A model generated the notes under the pieces. The model was not told the DNA's origin. It saw only the letters and a list, made by a program, of their open reading frames with translations, and did no database searches. Positions 55,381-64,000 of a stretch of DNA of 64,000 bases are shown one piece after another (within the stretch, counting starts at the first letter, position 1; the number at the start of each line of letters is the position of its first letter). The stretch is taken from contig OZ024742.1 of the NCBI GenBank assembly GCA_964016885.1, positions 280,426,001 through 280,490,000 of the forward strand, written 5' to 3'. Source of the DNA: Eledone cirrhosa (lineage: Eukaryota). Made by a program: the position numbers and the translations under genes.

Positions 55381-58300
55381 CTATAGGCGCATGGTCAGAG
55401 TAGGCCCATTCACACGAGTCATTCTCGCCACATTGACCCACCTTTTAGCAAATGTACTGGGGGGCAGCACTTCTCTCTCAACACTCACCCTCCTTTCCAG
55501 GTGAAACTGGAAGAAGTTGATGAGGGATTGGCCGTAGAGAAAAGTGTCTGTCTTTAGTCCTTTCAACCTGGTCCACCATATAATCTCTTTCGCAACTGCC
55601 ACCGGACAGAGGAAAATTTCATGCTCTTCCTGACCTAAGGAAGGTGGCGGCTCAATCTTCACTATGGACTCGGCCGATAGCCGGATTCGTTCCACACGCG
55701 ACAGTAGCTGTTCGACATAACTCCACAAGTCAGTAATGCACGGACATTGGACAAGTGCGTGCAGAACGGTTTCGTCGTTCTGTGCGCATCTTGGGCAGAT
55801 CCGTCTGACAGCACTTCCGTGCCTGTAGAGTTTATCCCGAACCGGCAGTGCCCCCCCCCCCCCCGGTAGCACTGCCAAGCGAGGGATTTCTCGAAATTGT
55901 CTATCGTCCCCTGCTCAAAACTCCTCCAGTACAGACTGGTCAGTTCGACTTCGTCGAGGCCCAAAGCTTCTCCGAGTGCGTCATCGCACTTGCCCACCAC
56001 TAATCCTCTATAGAACTCGAGAGTGGAAGTTCCACTGATCGCATTGCTCGCTTGGTAGAGGGCAGTGAGTGCCTGGCAACATTCCAGGTGCCAGTCACCC
56101 AGTCTCGGTCTCTTCTTGACACAGGACAGCAGCTCAGTCAAAGAAACGAGCTGCGGAAAGGCCCGTCTGATAAACGGCGACCAACCTGTTCACCATTGAG
56201 GCAGAATATCTGGAGATGTCGCAGCCTCAACGCATGTCTGCGCATCATTAGCCACGGCATGCCCAGCCCTCCGCGTAGAGGGTGCTGGCAGGAGATGGAC
56301 CGCCTCACCAACGGAACTTGTCCCCTCCACAAGAATTTGAAGACGAGCCGTTCCAACTTGACGAGGCGCGGACGAGGGCAAGGCACGACGGTTAGGCGGT
56401 AGTAGATGACGGACGCGATGTACGCATTCGCCACTCCGCTCGACCTTCAGTGATAGCTTCCTCCCAGCCCATTTTTGGGTGAGACTGGCTACTCTGCTCG
56501 TAACCTCGTCCCAATTCTTTTCCACCTGGAGGTCTGGTCCGAACCAAACCCCGCGCAACTTTACTGGTCTGTCCGTCCAGCTCCACACGACGCTGTTGGA
56601 CGGCATAGTCTTGCCTCTCCAGGTTCCGAGCTGCAAGCCCACCGACTTTTCCGGGTTAAGTTTGGCTCCTGTCAACCTTTCATATTCCTTCAATAAGGTG
56701 CCGACCACCTCGATTTCTGAGGTGTTCGACACCATCACAGTGATGTCGTCCGCAAAAGCCGACACCGCCTTTCCACGTCCCGGTTCGAGCAGGATGCCGT
56801 GCAACAGCTCCAGCTTCCGCAGTAAAGGCTCGAGAGTCAATACGTACAGAAGGGAAGAGAGAGGGCACCCTTGACGGACTGATCGGGAGAGCCAAAATGG
56901 TTCCGAGAGGTGGCCATTAACCTTGACCACCGAGCGTGTGCCGCTGTGCATTGCAACGATCCAGCTTCTAAAGACAGGGCCGAAGCCAGCTGCTTTGAGT
57001 ACAAACTCCAGATACCGCTGGTCGACCCTATCGAATGCTTTCGATTGATCTAAATTGATCAGTGCCCCACCGAAGCCAGGTTTACACCCTACCCTCTCTA
57101 TGATGTATCGCATGAGGTGGAGATTGTCGTGTATGGACCTGGCTGGGATTGCGCAAGTTTGCGCCTCCCCAACCAAATCCTCGACGACAAGCGCCAATCT
57201 CTTTGCTAACAACTTGGCCAACATCTTAAAACTCTGTGTTGAGCAGGGTTATGGGCCTGAAGTTGTCTAATGTATCCCTCTTGTTCTCGTCTTTCCTTAT
57301 CAGCGTCACCACTCCCCTGCTCACAGAACTGGGAATACTTCCATTCTGCTGCCAGTTACAGTAGATGCTTCGAGGAGTTCGGAGAATAAGTCTGGCATAT
57401 TTACGTAAAGCTCGTAGGGCAGGCCATCCAAACCGGGTGACTTGCGCTACATACAGCCGACAAGGGCGTCCTGAATTTTGGCTGAAGTAATCGGCCTTTC
57501 GCAGCGCTCAGCGTCGACCGTCGAGATACGCGGCAAGCCGTCAAGGTAGGGACTGAAATCAGCTACTCTCTCTGACTCGCCACTCTCCCTGAACAACCGA
57601 GCAAAATGCTGGCGAAAGGCCTCACACATCCGCTTGGAATCGCTTATCTCGTGTCCGTCTCGGTCCGCCAAAGACCGAATTGTGATTTTATTACCACGCT
57701 GCGATCCGCCACGCAGGCCCATCGAACAGCTTTAGTTCCCTCGTTTCTCAGTGCACGCGCCTTAGCTCTGAAAATGCAACCTTCGTCTTTGGCATTGAAG
57801 AAATGGTCTAATGCCATTCTCGCCGTTAGCACGTCAGTTGCGATGCCACTACAAATAGCCTCGTCTAACTTATCTACCAGCTCCCCCTCCTTTCTATTTT
57901 TCTCTAACGCTAGTTCTTTGCTGAACTCTATCGAAGTTACTCTAATCTCTCTTTTGAGAGCCCCGCACCATCTGTTGTTGATGATCCCCCCTGTCAACTT
58001 TTGCTTAACTAACTTGTTGACTCGGTCCCTGTAAGCCTTACGTGCCGGAAATGACATGTTCAGCTTCCAGTAACCCGGTCCTAACCTACGCGTTTTATTT
58101 AAGTCGACCGTACAGATCACAAATTTGTGATCTGAATAGGCGACCGTTTTAAAAAGTGGACAGCCCACACTATTTCTATCTATTTTCCTAATGAAGATTA
58201 TGTCTATATACGATCTAGATGACCCCATTCGGTTGGTCCATGTCCATACTGGCACATTGGGGAAATCTAGTCGATACCTGTCAGACAGTTGGAACTGGCT

Positions 58301-58807
58301 GAGAAGGTGTTTGAGGCTTTTGCACCCCCGCTCCTATCGGCTACTCCCACATAATCCCAGCGTGCGTCTAAGATGCCATTCCAGTCACCCGCTAACAGTA
58401 AAGGGCGAGACGTACCCAGAAAGGTCTCCAGGCGCCTAAAGAAGTAAGGTCGTCCGGCCCCTGTAGGGGCGTAGACGGCCAGCAGTCTAAAGGCACCACC
58501 TTCGCTACTGCTCACATCCAAGACCACCAACTTACCGTCCGGGTCCCGGAAGATCGACCTTACCTCGAGATCCAGTCCTTTCCTAAAGAGCACTGCCACC
58601 CCACCCCCCCATTCCCGGCCTGCTAACAGATGCGAAGATGTGATAGTCGTCGAAAATGGGGGCTAGTGCGCGCGTGTCGGAAATTCTGGTCTCGCTTACG
58701 GCAATCACATCCATTTCCAGCGACCGGAGGTCGTTGAGAAGGCGACCCTGCTTCCAGGGTGACCCCAGGCCGCGAACATTTAAACTTCCTACTCTTAATA
58801 TGGCCAT
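55381..58807 (-). pseudogene. ORF2 (APE-RT-zinc finger) of copy D, frameshifted
   Basis: LNVRGL, VSETR, VYAP, GDWN, YSDH, LDQSKAFDRV, RQGCPLS, FADDI, CPRCAQNDETVLHALVQC. Confidence 0.95.
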
Positions 58808-60797
58808 ATTTGTAAGCTAAGAGAGAGAGAGAGGGAAGGTTTACTTACCTCCCGTGTCTTGTGAAGGTCGGGTGGTTCGACCTCCATGGTTGGTGGGGTT
58901 TCTTTTGGGAACCCCTTTAAAAGTCTTGATGTGGGTTTCACATTCGGGTTTCCCACGTCTTGAGGAAAGCTCTCTCGAATTTCTTTGAAGGGATTGAGTG
59001 ACATTCGGACCAGAAGCAAATCTTCTGGCACGCAAAATGTGCTCATTTCAAAAATCTCCCCCTCTGTTTGAATGTCCTCGCTTCACGCTAAGAGTGCCAT
59101 CAGTTTATCGTTGGCCCTTCTGACTAGCCCGAACTTTTTAACATTTTGTTGGTGTGGTTTTATTTGTTTTCGTTTTGGGGAAAGTGGTGGCGATGGTTTT
59201 AGTGGTGTTGTTTCCGGTATGTCTATATTTGTTGTAGGTGTGGTGTCTGCAATTTCAGGTATTTGTGTGTTTATTTATACTTGTGTTTGTTTAGGTTGTT
59301 TGCGCTTCGGGGATTGTGGAGGTGGTGTCGATGTTGCTGATGGTGCTGATATTATTGGGGAAGTGTTTGCGTTAGTGGTGTCTGTATTTTTTGTTGTGTG
59401 TGTTTTTTGTGTTTTGTTGGGGCTTTTTTTTGTGAGTTTTCTCTGTTTTTTTGCACTTTTGGGTTTTCCTTCATCTTCGCTGCTGGAAGACAAAGGGTCT
59501 GTGTCTGTGAGTGTCTCTGTGTCTGTGTGTGCGTTTATTTTTATTTTTTTTGTCTATGTGTATAATTGGGAGGGGGGGGGGGAGTCGGAGAGCTTTCCTC
59601 GTTTTCTCCTTGGATTGGTTTTTGTGTTGGTGGTGATTCGGCTGCTTTTGATGTTGGTGTCCGTGATTTTGTTGATGTTGTTTTTGGTGGTGGTGGTGGT
59701 GCAGCTTTCCGTGCTGACACTGGCGTTGGCAACAAAGGAGGTTTGCGACCCTCTGCATTTTTGCGCTGAGGGCAGAAGGCTTGAAGGTGCGTTGCTTCCA
59801 CGCAAACGAAGCAGCGTGGCCTTCTTCCGTCAATCATTAGTTGGATTGTTGTCCCGTCCTGCAGGCGGGAAAAATCTAGGATGTTATTCATATCCTCCGG
59901 TTTCATTTGGAGAAGAATGTCCAAATCCATTCCGGACCAGTCCTCTCTCTCTGTCCTTTTGATGTCCAGGAGGGTGGTGTCTGTCCCCTCCTCGATTACG
60001 CATCCCAGCAGCCACCATATGTTCATTCCTGGTGGGATGCTGGGAATGCGTACCTTCACTGTCCTTTTACCCATATAGGACGGATGCATGATAATGCGTT
60101 CCGTTCTGCAGGGGGTCACCGAGTGCTTAATAGCGAGGGCCTCGGTTTTGAACAGTACCGAGATGGTACCGAACTGTTTGCCTCTTGCTTTGTACTCTAT
60201 GTTACTTCCGATGTACTCCGAAGCAGCCTCTACCTCTGCTTGGCTGGCAAGTTCCACTTTTCGTGTCTGCACCGAAATACATCGAAAGAGCACTGTCCTC
60301 CTTTGCATGGCCGCTATTGCCTCGTCCGGGATGGTCAGGTTTGCCCAGGACTTCTCCCGTTTAATTAGCCTCCACGCTTTGGCCAACTGTTCGTCTTTAT
60401 CGCTAATATCAATATCAATATTCAATAAGCGCTTTGTTTTTGCTGCTGCTGCAGCAAATGTGGTGTTTCTGATGCTCTTATTGTTGTTGTTGTCATTCTT
60501 GCTGTTGCCACCGCCATCCTTGTTTACATTGAAGCTGTCGGTGTTATTGTCGTTATTGCTCTGAGTTGTTGTTGTGGTGGTGGTTGTGGTGGTGGTGGCG
60601 GTGGTGGTGATGTCGTTTTCAAATGATACTGCTATGGCAGAAGGTTGTGATGGTAGCTTTTTAGTTTTGCCTTCACATTCAGTAGAGTGGATGACAGGCA
60701 TGACTGTAGCCGTCGTAGTCGTGGTGAAATCTGCAGTGGCTGCCTTTAAACTTTTGACCTGAACGTTGGTTACCGTTTCAAGGTCGAACATTTCCAT
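58795..60797 (-). pseudogene. ORF1 (CCHC knuckle) of copy D, frameshifted in its C-terminal half
   Basis: 418-aa ORF with CFVCVEATHLQAFC, continued by 59275-59493 and 58795-59046 (FPQDVG...TREV matches FPKDIG...LREV of copy C). Confidence 0.88.
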
Positions 60798-61134
60798 AAT
60801 TTTTTTTTGGTGGGGAAGCGATTTTTTTCGAAGTTTTTAAACCCGAATATTGAGATGTTTCCCTCTCTTTAAATCAAGATGTGTACCTTAAGTTTCGTTA
60901 ATGAAAAGAAAATACAAAAAAATACACTTTAAAACAGCTTAAAGCTACGAACCTTTACCCCCGCAGACTTGTCTGTCTTCACACATGTGCGGCCATAATA
61001 ATAATAATAATAATAATAATAATGGTTATTCTGTGGGCTGGGTATGGTTGACTCAATTAATTACCAAATAACCGAAGAGGAAAGGGGTGTGATGACAAAG
61101 ATAAAGAACAACAGCAAATGATACAAGCAAATAA

Positions 61135-61325
61135 TTGTTTCTACTTTTGGCACAAGGCCAGCAATTAGCCAGTACATTACTGGTACTTTATTTTATCGCC
61201 CCCGTAAGTATAAAAGGCAAAGTTAACCTCGGCGAGATTTGAACTCAGAATAGAAACTGCAGTTACTCTATGCGTCAAAGCATGACGTCCGACCCTCTAC
61301 CGATATTGCCAATCCACCGCCCTTC
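61135..61325 (-). mobile_element. Octopus-type SINE
   Basis: Close match to 25517-25705. Confidence 0.85.
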
Positions 61326-61387
61326 GATTGTTAAAAGACATTATCCTAGCTAAATAATGAAATAAAGAGGTAAAGAAATCGAATCAA

Positions 61388-61758
61388 ATGTGTGTGTGTA
61401 TGTATGAGTATGTGTATACGTGTGTCTATGTGTATGTGTATATGTGTGTGTATATGTATATGTGTGTGTGCGTGTGTGTATGTGTGTGTATGTGTATGAG
61501 TGTATGTGTATGTGTGTGTGCACAGTATTTAATTGTAGGTGTAGGCAAGTGCGTGTATGTGCAAGTGTGCGCATACGATTTGAGCGTATGCATGTTCATA
61601 TGTACGTGAGTGAGTAAGAATGAGTGTGCCAGTGCGGAGATATGTATACGTATATGTTGGTATATACAGGTATGTGTATGTATGCCTGTATACGCATGTG
61701 TGTACGTACAAGTGTGCAAGTGGTTTCTTAGTCAATAGATATAATATACTACAGAAAC

Positions 61759-61852
<94 letters not shown>

Positions 61853-61971
61853 CTGTGTGTGTATGTGTGTGTGTGTCTATGTGACTTTCTATCTATCTGT
61901 GAGTTTATGCACGTATGAATGTGTGCGTCTGAATTTGTGTATACGAGTATATGCGTGTATACATAGATATA

Positions 61972-62011
<40 letters not shown>

Positions 62012-62190
62012 AATACCTGTATGTAAGAGTATATACGACTATGTGTGTGTGTATGTGCGAGTACTATTATACAAGAGTCTAAACGACTATGTGTGTGTGT
62101 ATGTGCGAGCACTAGTATGCAATAGTGTATAGTCTACATGTGAGCACACACAAGTATGTGTAGGCATGTGTCTGCACGTACGTATATGTG
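61388..62190. repeat. (TG)n/(TA)n low-complexity region
   Basis: Read directly. Confidence 0.9.
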
Positions 62191-62618
62191 TAAAAGAAGG
62201 CTTGTAGTTAAGAGAGACATAACGGTACTAAACAAAATCTTCAGAGAGATTTTGAATAAAAGTTAACAACAACTATTGTTCCAATAATTTAGCTTTGATA
62301 GTTGTGGAACTTCTTTCATGTGTCTCGAGCTGAAACAAGGCGAAGACGAAGAAAAGAGACACCCGCCCATCCACACTTACTTTCTAATACACGAAGAAGA
62401 AAAAAAATACAAAGCAATTTATATACAAAAACAGTAAAAGTGATAAAAGAAAACATAATAAACACAAGCTGAATAAAGGAAATGTTGATATAATGGAATG
62501 GTTGGAAAATTATCAACTACTAAGACAGATATTTATTTCCACATTTCGTACAGCGTTATATACAGGGATATATATATATACAGCACATTCATAGCAACAC
62601 ACACACACACACACACAC

Positions 62619-62678
<60 letters not shown>

Positions 62679-62693
62679 CGTATGCAAATAGTC

Positions 62694-62725
<32 letters not shown>

Positions 62726-62750
62726 TGTATGTATGTATGTATGTATGTAT

Positions 62751-63356
62751 GGTCACCAGTTGGTGCTACTGGTAACATGTATCCCAGTACAACCTGTCTC
62801 ATGGTCGGGTCGTTGGCGACTAAACTGGCAAACCCACCAAGGTTTCTTGGTGAGCAGGGTGACTTTGGACATCCTGCAGGACTAAAAACAAAACCTGTCA
62901 AAGGGCAAAGGAGCTCTTAAGAGTCAATGGCCATCCAAAATCACCGGAAGAGATGACCCCTTAGCCTTTGTCACAGCTGAATTCTAGGAGAAGGAAAACT
63001 CTGATATAACACCTGCAACCCTGATGGTATCCAATGATGTTGACTTGTTCTTCTTTTTGGTAAATATCATCTTGGTTAAGAGAGTGGGACTGGCTTTGTG
63101 AAGTGCCTTTGCTCACTACAAAAGCTTCACGGCACAGGCATTGCTTTATATCTGGAGAACTCTATGTACTTGTCGTCACATGGTACCTTGGGCCCAGCAC
63201 TATGTGTCAATAATTGTCACAAGTGTAGTGTTTGTACCAGAGTTTTCAAGTCGCTGGCTGGACTAAAAAGTCACACTCGTTCAGCGCATCAGTAGGGGTT
63301 CTCCTACATGGATATAAAGTAGTGGCCATACTCGAAAACGAGTTGGCAGCCACCAT
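62751..63356 (+). mobile_element. Internally deleted RTE-like element (5'UTR joined to 3' C2H2 end)
   Basis: RTE-like 5'UTR motif CTAGGAGAAGGAAAACTCTGA, C2H2 finger CSVCTRVFKSLAGLKSHTRSAH, 3' hairpin CTCGAAAACGAG. Flanked by (TATG)n. Confidence 0.6.
62773..62828 (+). ncRNA. Degenerate HDV-like ribozyme motif
   Basis: P2 CCAGU/ACUGG, J4/2 C-UAA, P4 UCG-UUGG-CGA, P1.1 CC/GG, partial P1 (UAACAUG/CAUGGUC). Confidence 0.45.
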
Positions 63357-63760
63357 ATATGTGTGTATGTGTGTGTGTGTGTGTATGTATATATGTATGT
63401 ATATATGTATGAACGTGCGTATGTACGTATGTATGTATGTGTGTATGTATGCATGTAAGTATGTATGAATGTATGTATGTGTGTATGTATGTATGTATGT
63501 ATGTATGTATGTATGTATGTATGTATGTGTGTGTATGTATATATGTATGTATGTAAGTATATATGTATGAACGTGCGTGTGTATGTGTATATATATCTAT
63601 ATTTATATGTACGTGCGTATGTATGTATGTATGTATGTATGTATGTGTGCATGTATGTATACATGTAAGTATGTATATAAGCATATAAGTATGTATGAAT
63701 GATATGTATGTTTGTATGTATGTATGTATGTATGTATGTATGTATGTGTGTATGTGTGCG
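63357..63760. repeat. (TATG)n microsatellite region
   Basis: Read directly. Confidence 0.9.
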
Positions 63761-64000
63761 TTCTTCTGATTTTTATAATTTCACAAAGTGTTACCAATAG
63801 AGAGAGAGAGTCGGTTTCTAACATAGACACAAGACTCTCTCATTGGAATTTACACAACATCAACTAGGTAGATTATGTATGTATGCATGTGTAGATATGG
63901 ATGTTAATGTATGTGTGGATGTGTATGTTTTGAGTTGTATGTGTGCATGTATATATGCTTTGTATCTGTACATGTGTATATGCAGTTATTAGATGCAAAA

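Larger units (their letters stand above)
55101..60994 (-). mobile_element. Tx1/L1-clade LINE copy D, full length
   Basis: ORF1 plus ORF2, 3' AATAAA, (TAA)n on both flanks. Confidence 0.95.

Overview
AT-rich, microsatellite-saturated eukaryotic DNA with no recognisable intact host gene. The SINE families (GGTCGATAAAATAAAGTACCAG core) point to an octopus-like cephalopod (inference). Most tracked ORFs are artefacts of (TA)n/(CA)n/(TATG)n repeats. The real content is retroelements. There are four Tx1/L1-clade LINEs in two head-to-tail pairs: one pair in a (TATC)n site (4497-13430, +) and one in a (TAA)n site (49597-60994, -) that also holds an R4/Dong-type RLE element. There are also Penelope-like elements with GIY-YIG endonucleases and inverted or tandem pseudo-LTRs, RTE fragments, SINEs and several fold-back palindromes. 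The most notable signals are: (i) Tx1 subfamilies that appear to target different microsatellites; (ii) a GTAAG splice donor at the same ORF1 C-terminal position in three diverged Tx1 copies, plus TAG|G at the ORF2 stop in three of four copies, suggesting ORF2 may be spliced out; (iii) hammerhead-like and HDV-like ribozyme motifs; (iv) a possible decayed dynamin-like GTPase ORF.
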